From the human T2T-CHM13v2.0 reference genome, Homo sapiens, in NCBI RefSeq assembly GCF_009914755.1, contig NC_060932.1: a DNA stretch of 64,000 bases, one strand, 5' to 3'. The notes under the pieces were generated by a model that was not told the origin of the DNA, did no database searches, and saw only the letters and a list, made by a program, of their open reading frames with translations. Shown one piece after another: positions 14,181-26,137 of this stretch (its first letter is position 1; every line of letters begins with the position of its first letter). The position numbers were made by a program, and so were the translations under genes.

Positions 14181-14584
14181 TTTGGAAATGTATTTTAAAA
14201 ACACACAAGTTATAAAAACTAAACATACAGTGTGCAGTCACAGCAGTGCACAGAGGGAAATTTGTAGCTTTAAGTGCGTATAGTATGTTGCTAAGAGTTT
14301 AAAGTCAATGTACTTAGAAAAAGAAGAGCTAATTTTAAACTCAAAGTAAGTAAAAGAGAAAAAGAAGTAATGAAGACAATAGTTCATGGAAAAATAGTAG
14401 GGAAAAATCAATGAAGCCAAAGATTGTTTCTTTGAAAGAGCAGAAAAATTTATAAAACTTTAACTACACTAACCAAAAAATAAAAGAAACAAATTCCTAA
14501 TGCAGGAAATGAAAGATATCCTTTTAATAGATAATAAAGGAATATATGAAGAATTTTATGAAAGCATGCCAGTATAGATAGCAG

Positions 14585-14811
14585 TAGATGAATAAATTAT
14601 AGAAAATTTCAAATTACCAAGCTGATTCAGGAAGAAATGGAAATTTGAAGTAGTGGCATGTCTATTGAAGAAATCAACCTAATAAAAAAACCATCAATAG
14701 ATGAACAAATTACTAGAAAATTTCAAATTACCAAGCTGATTCAGGGAGAAATGAAAATTTGAAGTAGTGGCATGTCTATTAAAGAAATCAACCTAATAAC
14801 AAAAAACCATC
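14585..14811 (+). repeat. Two-copy ~113-bp tandem duplication
   Basis: tagatgaa..aaatttcaaattaccaagctgattcagg..tgaagtagtggcatgtctatt..aaccatc at 14585-14697 and 14698-14811, with few mismatches. Confidence 0.92.
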
Positions 14812-15070
14812 TTTAAAAAAAGACCTCTGTGTCCAGATTTTTTCATTGGCCAATTCTACCAAATATGTTTTAGAGAAAAAAATAACAGAAAGTTTATATA
14901 ATCTCTTCCAGAAAATGAAATAGTAGGAAACAGTTTCCAACTTATTTTAGCATTATCCTGATACTAAAGTCAGATAAAGAAAAATAAAAGAACACTACAG
15001 ACTAAATTTTCTTATGAAAATAAACAAAAATTTTTGACAAAATATCGGTAAGCCTAATCCAGCAATACAT

Positions 15071-15137
15071 AAGTAATTGAGGTTTTTGTCATTTAAAAGT
15101 GATGGAGAAAACCACAATTATTTTTGCACCAAATTAA
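15071..15137. mobile_element. MADE1 (Hsmar1-derived MITE), one end truncated
   Basis: aagtaattgaggtttttgtcatt...aaaaccacaattatttttgcaccaaattaa matches the recalled palindromic MADE1 consensus. Confidence 0.8.
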
Positions 15138-15742
15138 TAATATGACCATGTAGTTTCATTTTAGGAATGCAACATGGTTTTAATATTCGAAAATCAGTGT
15201 AATTCACCCGAAGTCAGTGTAATTTATTTAAAAAATGAAGAAGAAAATTATGAAATCATCTTGATAAACACAGAACAAGTATTTGGCAAAATTCAACACA
15301 CATTCATGAAAAAAAAAAAGCTCTAAAGAAAGTAGAAACTAAAGAAGACTTTCTCAATCCAATAAAAGGCATCTATACAATTTATGACTAAGGTCATATT
15401 AAATGTTGATCACCCCTTGGCCAAGAGAAAATTATCAAATATGACAATTCTCTCCATTAAAAATGAAAAACGCAAAGAGGCCAACTTTGAAAATATTGAT
15501 CAGTTTGCCACCATTAAAACCAGAAAAGAAAAATTATAATAAATTCTGGTTTGGGTATCAAAATAATGTCTTAACAGAAAATAATATTGTGAGTTTTAAA
15601 ATATCCACATTTCAATTTTTCAGTATTTTAATTACTTTCATGTTCTGGAAAAAAACCTTTTAAAGATACACTAAAACAGATTCCGTTCCTTCTAACCCTT
15701 TATGGGGGTTCTTTTTCTGGCTCTAGTTGTTTTTTTGGTGTG

Positions 15743-16029
15743 TTTTTTTTGAGATGGAGTCTTGCTCTATTGCCCAGGCTGGAGTAGAGTGGGGTGATCT
15801 CGGCTCACTGAAATCTCCACCTCCCAGGTTCAAGTGATTCTCCTGCCTCAGCCTCCTGGGTAGCTGGGATTACAGGTGCACGCCACCACACCCAGCTAAT
15901 TTTTGTATTTTTGGTAGAGACAAGGTTTCACCATGTTGGTCAGGCTGTTCTCCAACTCCTGACCTTGTGATCCACCTGCCTCGGCCTCTCAAAGTGCTGG
16001 GATTACAGCTGTGAGCCACATACATGGCC
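15743..16029 (-). mobile_element. AluS
   Basis: Full antisense Alu dimer after a T tract. Confidence 0.92.
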
Positions 16030-16055
16030 AGTTCTTTTTTAGGTTGTTTCCTCAC

Positions 16056-16246
16056 ATGCACTGCTGATCAGTCCTCTTTTATATACTCGAAGAGATTCCT
16101 CCGTAGGTGTCCAGAATTCTCTCTCTGCGTGGCTCTCTCCGCCATACTCTGCCTGGCAAACTCTGGCTACCTTGGCTCCCAGCTCTGTCTTTAACCCACT
16201 GATCCCTGTCTGGGTTCCACCTCTGCTGCATTCAGAGAGGTGGGTT
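16056..16246 (-). CDS. Exon 7 of putative spliced ORF; spans an MLT2 LTR end and old L1-like sequence
   Basis: Acceptor ctgtttctttgaAG, donor GTgagg. 191 nt open: (L)[10 protein letters not shown]...KRGLISSA. Confidence 0.5.
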
Positions 16247-16880
16247 CTTCAAAGAAACAGAACCAATAGGAGATACAGATAGATAGATATGTATATAGAT
16301 AGATGTGTGTGTGTGTGTATATATATATATGTATGTATAAAATATACATGAGATATAATTATATGAACATATATGAGATATAAAAGATACGTTATATATA
16401 ATACATAGAAGAGATATTTTGTGTATTTATTTATTTTTGTGAAGATTTATTATTTATTATGAAGAATAAACTCATACAGTTAAGGTGGCTGAAAACTCCC
16501 ATGCCTGAAAGCTAGGTCTGCAAGCTGGAGAGCTAGGAAAGCCTCTGGTGTAATTCTAGTCTGAGTCTAAAGGCCCAAGAACCAGGGAAGCTGAGATAGT
16601 AAATTTCAGTGCAAGGGCAAGAGGAAACTGATGCCCCAGCTTAAGCAGGCAGGCAGGAAAGTGCTGAATCTTCACTTCCTCCCCTTTTTGATCTATTCAG
16701 ACCTTCAGTGGATTGAATAATGCCTGCTCACACTGGAGAGAGCAATCTACTTTACCAAATTCATCAATTCACATGTTAATCTAATCCTGAACACCCTCAA
16801 AGATATACAAGGAAATAATGTTTAATCTGGGCACCCTGTGATCCAGGCAAGTTTACATATCATGTACATGAACCACTATA
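16227..16880 (-). mobile_element. MLT2-type (ERVL) LTR with internal (GATA)/(TG)/(TA) simple repeat
   Basis: 'gggttcttcaaagaaacagaaccaatagga' start; also 'tctgcaagctggaga', 'gcaatctactttac' and 'aataatgtttaatctgggcaccc'. Confidence 0.75.
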
Positions 16881-17761
16881 CCCTCCCTGCTCCACAGCCT
16901 GGAAATGTGCTCCAGGGTGTCATCAGGGTAATCATAGGACTCAACTAATTCATCACCTCCCTTCTCTGGGGATCACCGCCCTCCCTTGCTTGATGCATAA
17001 CACCTTGAGACCTGTGCTTGCACACATTAATATTTTATCAAGATTCTCAGTTGTTTCAGGTGAAAGAGTAAACCCAGTCCTTGTTACTCCAGCTTGGACA
17101 GAAGCAAAGCCTCCAAAGTCTACTTTTGATATAATCACATTTGGCCATATTTTGCTTCATAATGTGTGCATTTTAACTAAGGAATGTATTCTCATATAAG
17201 AGATTTCATTTTTCACACTCAGTCCACCAGGAATTTGTTTCTATGCATGATGTGAAGTAGATTTCTAAGTTTGCGAGTAGGTTTTGTGTCAAATAGAACT
17301 TGACAACACTCTAGTTTTGCCTCTATAATTGCCATGGGTCTCTGGGAGCTTCCTTTCTTTGATTCTGTGTTCCTATTGGTAAAAAGGGCACAATAACACC
17401 CACCTTATGGTATAATTATTTAAATAAATGATATAGATCCCTTCCTGTGTACAGTGCCAGGTATAAAGTAGATGCTCAAAAATGCTGGTTTCTTTTTTGA
17501 GCTCATCCCAACACTAGGAGTTATTTTCTGTAACTTGTCTATCGTGTGATAATCTGCTAATGTTTGGCTTCTTAATAAACCATGTGGTCCATCTGTTTTG
17601 CTTTCTGAGATATTTCCGGAACAAAGAGTGGGGCCAGCCCATAGTAGGCTCTCTGTAAATATTTGTTGAGTTGCTGAATGAGTGCCTCCTCTTCCCACCT
17701 CACAGCATTCATCTCTGCCAGCTAATGTATGCCTTGATGATTAATGATTATCAAGAACAGC

Positions 17762-18153
17762 TGCCGTGGTTTGAATGTGTCCCCTCCAAAATTCAGAGGT
17801 TGCCAATGTGGTTGTATTAAGAGGTGGGAGGCCTTTAAGAGGTGATTAGGCCATGCCGGCTCCTCCCTCGTGAATGAGAAGAAGGCTCTTACAAAAGAAG
17901 CTTCATTCAGTGTTTGGCTCTCTTGTCCTCCTGCTTTCTGCCATATAAGGTTATACAGCATTTCTCACTTCCAGAGGATGTAGCAACAAGGCATCATCTC
18001 AGAAGCAGACAGCAGCCTTTGCCAGACATGGAATCTGCTGGCACCTTGATCTTGGACTTCCCAGCCTCCAGGACTGTGAGAAATAAATTTCTTTTTTTTA
18101 TAAATTGCCCATTCTCAAGTATTTTGTTACAGCAGCAAAAACAGACAAAGACA
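17762..18153 (+). mobile_element. MST-family MaLR solo LTR
   Basis: tgccgtggtttgaatgtgtcccctccaaaattca...cagacaaagaca, with 5-bp TSD ACAGC (17757-17761 / 18154-18158). Confidence 0.9.
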
Positions 18154-19117
18154 ACAGCCTAAGGTATAAGGTTGATATAATTTTATGCACAATTTTTGAA
18201 GGAATAAACAAAGGCCAAAGTTATTTTTTTTAATTGTTCAAAATTTGTAACAGTGAAAATACCTTAAGCCCTAGTAACTACTACCCCACAGGAACCATCA
18301 GGGATATTTGAACTAAATATCAACTGGACACATAGTCCTCCCCAGTTCTAGCACCCAGTAGAGTAGGAAGCCAAATTACCTTGCCAAGGTCTTGCTGTAG
18401 GCTGAGAAGAGGTAGGTGTGGTTTTTAGGGAAAGAGTCATGTGTTCATTGTGGCTGGAGAGTGAGTGGGGGGCAATGGGAATGCATGGAGGAAATATGAG
18501 TGGCTAAAACGTTTTCCTTCCTTCTACAGTGCACAATCTACGAATGTGTCTGAGCCCTTGCTGCCACATCTAAACAAGTCAACTCCAAATAAGGAGTAAC
18601 TTAGAAATAATGGAGAACACGGAAATGAAGCCTAAAGAATGATAAATGTTTCTTCCTAGGTTAAATATCAGCTAAGAAGCAATAATGAAATCCTGCCTAT
18701 CTCTCCAACACTGGCACAGAGAAAGAAACTTATCAAAAAAAAAAAAAAAAGGTGGGGGAGAGAGAAAGGAAAAACTAACATCCACAAAGCTCTGTGGGTT
18801 TGGATTGGCTGTAGCAAGAATCATTAATTTTCCCTAGGAATGATCAAGAGTGTCATTAGGACCCATTAAACATCACCTGACAGGGAATGGGGAGTACCAG
18901 GAGGAGGATGCACTCTCTCCCTCCCTCCACGATTGCATAATCAATGCAGACGACTCCAACTTGCTCCCAGAATCTTCTCCCCCAATTAGCACCAGCCTGG
19001 AGCCTCTCACATTCCATCTTTTACCTCTTCTTTCTCTTTTTTTTTTTTTTTTTTTTTTGAGACAGAGTTTCGCTCTTTTCTTGATTCTTTCCAACGGGGA
19101 TAGAAACCTATCCTCAC

Positions 19118-19176
19118 AGTGGAAGGAGCCCTATATTTTCCAGGACAGCCGCTTTGGAATCCGAAAGGCTGCTGGA
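19118..19176 (-). CDS. Exon 6 of putative spliced ORF
   Basis: Acceptor cttttgcctccccAG, donor GTgagg. 59 nt: SSSLSDSKAAVLENIGLLP. Confidence 0.5.
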
Positions 19177-20060
19177 CTGGGGAGGCAAAAGAGGCATTGA
19201 AGAGCCTTTTTGTTCATGTATTTTGTCAACAAATTATTTTGGACTTGGATGTTAGGGTTGCCTCACACATGATTCCTGCCCTCTCTCTCTTCTTTTATTC
19301 TCTTCCCTCTAAGTCCCTCCTTCCCACCCACCCCTGCCTGCCTCACTGACAGATCCCCTCTCTCCCTCAGCCTTCTCCTGTCTCCCCATCTTATTTTCTG
19401 TCCCTTTAGATGAGGTCACCCTGACTGGATGAAGGACACGGGGCTCAGAAGAGGTCAGACATTAGCACTGCTATAACTGCAGTGCTACCGAAACTGGGCA
19501 AACCCATCCATCACCAGCTCCACTACTCCATTAGGCCTCCCATGAAATATGCCCTGCTCTGAATCGCACAGCCATACATCTCCCGGTCTAGACACCTTCC
19601 TGTTGTATGAAGATCAATGCTGCTCGGTTATGCATCATGTGTCATGCAGTAGCCCTCACTCTAATAACCGTGTCTATTCTCTAGTCTGCAGTATAAATTA
19701 TGGCACTGGGAAAGTACTATATTATTCAGCAACCTTGGTCACTAATGGATTATTGGGTTTATTGGTTGATAATGTGAGCTCCCTTTCCTCCTTCTATCTT
19801 TCTTTTTTCTTTTTCTCATTTTTGGCTGAATCTCACTCTTATTTTATTTATTTCTCTCTATTTTTATTTTATTTGGTTCAAGTTTGAGTGATGGCTGCTT
19901 TAGGCTTCTGTCAACATACTCCTGCATCAAACCCCTAAAATGATGATGCTCTAAAATAAGCCCAATTAGGAAGACTTCTCTGTGATCCCCTATTAGATAA
20001 TGGACTGAGTCCAGTGAAGGTTGTTTGGCCTTCAATTTCCCTGGGTTTTGGTTGAGGTGC

Positions 20061-20359
<299 letters not shown>

Positions 20360-20744
20360 TAAGGTGCCTTTTAATTGAAGGGCACTTTTAGGGAACCAAA
20401 TGCAGTTTGGGCCCCCAGCAACCTCTAGCGTCCCATGGGGCTCAGTCTCATGAAACCCCTTTCTGCATTCCTTCTCTCCACTTGTCTTTCTATCCTTTGA
20501 CGACTTATATTCAGTGCTGCTGGACGCTGATAATTGTGATTGCAACACTGGCTCTCAGTTTTTCCTTTCTGTAAAATGGGTGAGAGAGGGAGAGCGCACA
20601 TCAACAGAAAGAAGGAAAAATTAAATTATAGTAAAGAACTTGGAATGTAAAAGTTGAACTTTTGGGGCATGTTAACTCTAGGAAAAGTTGGATTATCTGA
20701 CATTCTGAAACCACTGAAATTTTATATTAAAAATTACAAACTTA

Positions 20745-20912
20745 ATTAGCCAGGCATGGTGGTGCATGCCTGTAGTCCCAGCTACTCAGGAGGCTGGGGG
20801 AGGAGAATTGCTTGAGCCCAGGAGTTCAAGGTTGCAGTGAGTTATGACTGAGCCACTGCACTCCAGTCTGGGTGACAGAGCTAGACCCTGTCTCAAACGA
20901 AAAGAAAAAAAA
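20745..20912 (+). mobile_element. Alu right monomer (AluJ/FRAM-like)
   Basis: aattagccaggcatggtggtgcatgcctgtagtcccagc...gaccctgtctc followed by an A-rich tail. Confidence 0.85.
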
Positions 20913-21474
20913 GACAAACTTTTATGCAGAAATAAGACTTTAATACTAGAACTGTGCAAAGATAGGCTAGGCTTCCATGAGAAAGAACTCTGTCACCAGA
21001 ATACAAGCCAAGGATGGCCATTTAGAAATGGAGCAAAACTCAAACAACTGAGGAAAACTTAGGCAAGATGCCATTTCAAGTCTTGTCCAATCTTTAGGTT
21101 CCATATTTTATCATACATATGACAAATAGCACTATTTTGATACATTTTTAAGGAAAAATTATTTTAAATACTAATAAGAATCAGGGGAGATTAGATCAAC
21201 CATCAAGGTTAGGAACCCTCATTTTTGCAGCCTGCTACTTCCTATCTGGGCAAGAGCGAAACCAGCACAGTCGATGCCCCTTCTGGGTACTTTCTCTCCT
21301 TATGTTTTTCTTGGTTTTGCTTATGAACATAGCAGCAGTGCAGAGTTAAGTCTCAGGTGTCCCTGAACAGAGAAGAAACAAAGGGAGCCGATTCTAAGCT
21401 CTCCATCTGATCCTCAAAACTTGGAAAATTGACTCATTTATTTCCCAAATTCACCTGAAACCTACTGGCAAAAC

Positions 21475-22003
21475 TGTATTAGTCAGGGTTCTCTAGAGGG
21501 ACAGACCCAACAGGATAGATGTGTCTATAAAGGGGATTTTACTGAGGAGTATCAACTCACATGATCACAAGGTGAAGTCCCACAATAGGCTGTCTGCAAG
21601 CTGAGGAGCAAGGAAGCCAGTCCGAGTCCCAAAACCTCAAAAGTAGAGAAGCCGACAGTGCAGCCTTCAATCTGAGGCCAAAGGCCTGAGAGTCCCTGGC
21701 AAACCACTGATGTAAGTCCAAGAGTCCAAAACTGAAGAACTTGGAGTCCAATGTTCGATGGCAGGAAGCATCCAGCACTGGAGAAAGATGAAGGATGAAA
21801 GACTCAGCCAGTCTAGCCCCTCCACATTCTTCTGCCTGCTTTTATTCTAGCTGAGCTGACAGCTGATTGAGGGTGGGTCTGCCTCTCCTAGTCCACTGAC
21901 TCAAATGGTAATCTCCTTTGGCAACACCCTCACAGACACACCCAGGAACCATATTTTGCATCCTTCAATCCAATCAAGTTGACAGTCAATATTAACCATC
22001 ACA
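21475..22003 (-). mobile_element. MLT2A (HERV-L) solo LTR; hosts exon 5 of the putative ORF
   Basis: TG...CA termini with 5-bp TSD AAAAC (21470-21474 / 22004-22008). Same family as 3324-3751. Confidence 0.93.
21561..21777 (-). CDS. Exon 5 of putative spliced ORF (exonised MLT2A LTR)
   Basis: Acceptor ttcatctttctccAG, strong donor GTgagt. 217 nt open: (S)AGCFLPSNIG...VLGLGLASLLLSLQTAYCGTSPCDH. Confidence 0.55.
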
Positions 22004-22164
22004 AAAACCATTCTCTGACTCCATGGTTTCCTCCAGACCCCCGAGTCCTCATACACTGGGGTTGGAGGAGCCCTGCACAGGAGAGCCAGATGGAGCCCTG
22101 CTACTGCTTCTGGGCCTCAGGGTCTGAGTGTGTTTGATGTTTATATTTTTGGCCCTTTTAAATA

Positions 22165-23180
22165 AAATTAATATACTTTATTTTTTAGAGCACTTCTAAG
22201 TTTATAGAAAATTTGAGCAAAAGTGCAGAGAATTCCCTTGTTCCCCCCCACCCCCCGCCACCTGCCTCCTCCACAGTTTCTGTTATTAATGTCTAACATT
22301 AGTGTAGTACATTCATTACAATTGATGAGCCAATATTGATATATTATTATCAAGTAAAGTGAGTAGTTGCTATTAGATTTCACTCTGCATGTGCCTTCTA
22401 TGGGTTTTGACAAATGTGTAATAACATGTATCCAGTTATAGCATCCTACGGAATAGCTTCACTGGCCTAAAAATCCTCTGTGGTCTGTCTATTCATTCCT
22501 TTCCATCCACAGAACCCTGGCAACCACTGAGCTTTTTACTGTCTTTATAGCAGACAGCATATATATATATATTTTTTCAGAATGTCACTTTTTTTCTCCA
22601 GAATGTCATTTTCCGGCATGTCATATCCTTGGATCCTTGCATGTCATCACACAGCATGTAGCCTTTTCAGACAGGCTTCTTTCATCTAGTAAAATGCATT
22701 TAAGTTTCCATGTCTTTTCATGGCTTGATAGCTCATTTCTTTTTATCATTGAATAATATTCCATTGTCTGGATGTACCACAGTTTGTCCATTCACCTACT
22801 GAAACACCTTAGTTGCTTCCAAGTTTTGGCAATGATGAACAAAGCTACTATAAACATCATGTGCAGGTTTTTGCGTGGACATAAATTTTCATTTCATCTG
22901 GGTAAATACCAAGAAGCATGATTGCTGGATCATATGGTAAGAGTATGTTTAGTTTTTTAAGAAACTGCCAAACAATCTTCCTAGGTGTCTGTACCATTTT
23001 GCATTCTCACCAGCAATGAATGAGAGTTCCTGTAGCTCCACATCCTTACCAGTATTTGGTGTTGTCAGTTTTTGGATTTTAGCCATTCTAATAGGCGTGT
23101 AGTGGTATCTCATTGTGGTCTTAATTTGCAGTTCCCTATGATGCCTGATGCTGAGCATTTTTTTCCTATGCATACTTGCC
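22165..23180 (-). mobile_element. L1MC/MD-type 3' end
   Basis: 'tactttattttttagagca..aaaatttgagc' terminus. ORF 22949-23182 (ELQIKTTMRYHYTPIRMAKI) is the L1 ORF2 C-terminus. Confidence 0.85.
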
Positions 23181-23227
23181 ATTGTTGTTGCTCATTTTAT
23201 TATCATTTTCCAGGTTGCTACCCACTT

Positions 23228-23870
23228 TGTAACCAGGCCCTAAGACTTCCAATATCTCTAGAGAGCTAGTAAATGAAGCTACCCTGGGCAAAGGTGGTCA
23301 TTTCAAGGGAGGATGTTGGTAGAAGTGGGGAAAGAAGAGGAAAAGTAAGATGTGTGAGATGACTAAAATGGCCAGGACGATTTCTAATGCTTTTTCCTTT
23401 TGCTTTTTAGTGCCATGACAATCCTGCTAGGTAGATGTTGCTATCACTATTTTATAATTAAGCAAGAGAAATTTCGAGTTAAGTAGTTTACCTAAATTAT
23501 ATAATACGTAAGTATGAGAGCTGGGTTTCAGACTCTTGCTTGTCTTATTCTAAAGTCCATCCACTTTCCACTCTGATATGCGCTTTTTCAGGAGTAAGAG
23601 GCCCAAGAAAGGAACACACTCTCAGCCCTGGCTTCCTTCTTCCCGACTTCTTTCAGGGTCCCAGAGGTGAAAGAGCCAAAAGGAGAAGGAGGCAGATATC
23701 TGGAGCAGAGCCTGGAACACACAGGGGATAAGAGATTCTGTGCTGGAATGGGGAGAGGGAAGGCAAGAAATCTTGTAACCAGAGCTCGTACAAGCTACAA
23801 ACAATCTTGCCGCTTCTCTATTTCATTGCTGTACAATGAACCCCAAGATCTTAGCCTGAAAGGCTCTGTG
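23228..23870 (+). repeat. Left arm of a ~643-bp inverted repeat (contains a MIR-like segment at ~23410-23570)
   Basis: Reverse complement of 25097-25740 along its whole length, roughly 88-90% identical by eye. Confidence 0.96.
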
Positions 23871-24104
23871 CTGAGATGAGGGGGTAAACCAAGAAAGAGC
23901 CTGGCTTTGCCCCAAGCTCCCTCCCAGGAAAAGTTGATGCTCAGATGGAATCTATACCAGCCTCCATGGCCCAGGATACAGGCACATTCTCTCTCCTCCC
24001 GCCTCTTATCAGCCCTGAAGTCCCTGGTGAAAAAATATCCCATTGCCTAAGGAAGCCTCAGTGAATGCTGTCTTCCCATCTGCATACAGAGAGTCTGGAA
24101 GTAC

Positions 24105-24238
24105 CTTTGGAGGGCTTCTGGGAACAGGAAGCCAGCCTGTTGGACTGGTTCAGGAACAGACCACAGCAAGGAATGACGCTGACTCCTCATGGACCAGCTC
24201 CCCACTTGCTCTGCTGCCCCACTGAGCCTGGAGCTCAT
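24105..24238 (-). CDS. Exon 4 of putative spliced ORF (inside the inverted-repeat spacer)
   Basis: Acceptor cagcAG (weak pyrimidine tract), donor AG|GTac. 134 nt: MSSRLSGAAEQ...PEALQ. Confidence 0.5.
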
Positions 24239-24635
24239 CTGCTGGTTGTTTGAACATGACAGTCATCTGTCTCCCTAATTAGAAGATGTCAGATTTCTCC
24301 AATCTGTACTTGAGATTTCCTGAGGAATCACAGAGGTGCCCACCTGGAGGAAGCACCTCAGTATCTGAGGAGGGCAAAAGAGGCTCCAAGGCCCCATGTT
24401 CCAGTGACCTCCCCCCATGCATTCCAGAAGTTTGGCCATATAGCCCTTTGGCCCTTCTGTGCCTCAGTTTCCTGTCCTCTAAAAGACAAGAAAGTGGTGC
24501 TCCCTAATTCCCTCCCCACCCTCCCACCAGAACCAAATGTGTCACACTGCTTGCACTTCTCCGAGGTGACAAACAATTTCAGTGGAAACTGCTTCCTATA
24601 GGGGAGCAATTTCTGTTTACATATGTGGTGCCCAC

Positions 24636-24782
24636 CCCCTGCAGAAATGCTGGCTGCCCGTGGCCTGGCTGCATTATCAGGAGAATGTCACAAGCCACGG
24701 CTTCCATCCTCTGCCAAGGGAACAGATTTGCTGCCTGCTTTGAGGACAAATCCTTTAGCAGAGGTAAGCCCTGGCATGGGTC
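24636..24782 (-). CDS. Exon 3 of putative spliced ORF (inside the inverted-repeat spacer)
   Basis: Strong acceptor ctctctcacttttctttttccctcatAG, donor GTgggc. 147 nt: DPCQGLPLLK...PAFLQG. Confidence 0.55.
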
Positions 24783-25096
24783 CTATGAGGGAAAAAGAAA
24801 AGTGAGAGAGAGATAAAAAAGCTGCCCCTAAGTCAAGGCCTGAGCAATTAAAGTAAAAACAACTTGGCTTTGGAGTGATGGGCCAATATGACGGCTCAAC
24901 ATTCTCTTTAATCTCTGCCCCAGAAGGAGGCACAGGAATGGACTCATGTTCTAGTAGAAGCAGAAATAGGAAAGAACTTGTGATCAAATGTCCCTGGTCC
25001 ACTGAAGCCACAAAATGAACTAAGCATCTAGGCATGAAATGGGTTTGCTGGTGAAGGTATAGTCAAAACCAGGACAAAACTGAGACAGCAAGTAGA

Positions 25097-25740
25097 CACA
25101 GAGCCTTTCAGGCTAAGATCTTGGGGTTCATTGTACAGAGATGCAATAGAAAAGTGGCAAGATTGCTTGGTAGCTTGTACAAGCTCTGGCTACAAGATTT
25201 CTTGCCTTCCCACTCCCCATTCCAGCACAGAATCTCTTGTCCCTAGTGTGTTCCAAGCTCTGCCCCGGATAACTGCCCCCTTTGCCTTCTGGCCCTTTCA
25301 TCTCTGGGACCCTGAAAGAAATCGAGAAGAAGGAAGGCAGGGCTGAGAGGGTGTTCCTTTCTCTGGCCTCTTACTCCTGGAAAAGCGCATGTCAGAGTGG
25401 AAAGTAGATGGACTTTAGAATAAGACAAGCAAGAGTCTGAAACCCAACTCTCGTACTTACACATTATGTAATTTAGGTAAGCTACTTAACTCGAACTTTC
25501 TATTGCTCATTTATAAAATAGTGATAGCAACATCTACCTAGCAGGATTGTCATGGAACTAAAAAGGAAAAGGAAAAAGCATTAAAAAATGTCCTGGCTGT
25601 TTTAGGCATCTCACACATCTTACTTTTCCTCTTTTTTCCCCACTTCTACCAACATCCTCCCTTGGGATAACCACCTTTGCCCAGGGTACTTTCATTTGCT
25701 AGCTCTCTGGATATACTTGAAGTCTTGGGGCCTGGTTACA
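25097..25740 (-). repeat. Right arm of the ~643-bp inverted repeat
   Basis: cacagagcctttcaggctaagatcttggggttcattgtacag...gaagtcttggggcctggttaca mirrors 23228-23870. Confidence 0.96.
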
Positions 25741-26102
25741 TGCTCATTCCACCTGTCTTCAAGCTAGCCAGAGCTGTCATTTTCCCTCAGAACCTCTCTG
25801 GATGACTAAGAGGAGAAAGGGGTGTGGCTATCAGGGGTCTGCAAACCCAGTTTGAAAATTCCTGGGCAGCTTATATCTCCAGGAGCCAGACAGCAGCTAG
25901 GATCTGGGCAATTGGCTGATAGGAGCTGCTGGCTGCCCCTCCCTCTAAGACACAGCCTTGGCCCCACCTCTGATATGCCAATCAGATAGGAGCCCTGTTA
26001 CAAGGCACAGTTCAACTGACTTTTATGTCCCATCAAATTCAAGTTCATTTGTCTTCCCCCTTTACCACCCTATCCCCAAACCTCACCCTCAGGTGTATCA
26101 AT

Positions 26103-26105
<3 letters not shown>

Positions 26106-26135
<30 letters not shown>
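26106..26135. repeat. (CA)n microsatellite
   Basis: About 15 perfect AC units. Confidence 0.95.

Positions 26136-26137
<2 letters not shown>

Larger units (their letters stand above)
14200..15410 (+). mobile_element. Old L1 (L1M) ORF2 fragment containing a 113-bp tandem duplication and a MADE1
   Basis: Degenerate L1 motifs 'aaaatcaatgaagccaaagattgtttctttgaaa' and 'atttggcaaaattcaacacacattcatga'. Confidence 0.7.

Noticed and set aside
23540-25464. Paralogous ORF pairs (23540-23731 vs 25243-25464; 23622-23804 vs 25131-25346) as a duplicated gene
   Set aside because: The similarity simply follows from the inverted duplication; no evidence of coding constraint.
23228-25740. Inverted repeat as the terminal repeats of a DNA transposon (foldback element)
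   Set aside because: No TSD at the outer ends, no transposase in the spacer, and the arms contain a MIR-like remnant, which indicates duplicated genomic DNA.
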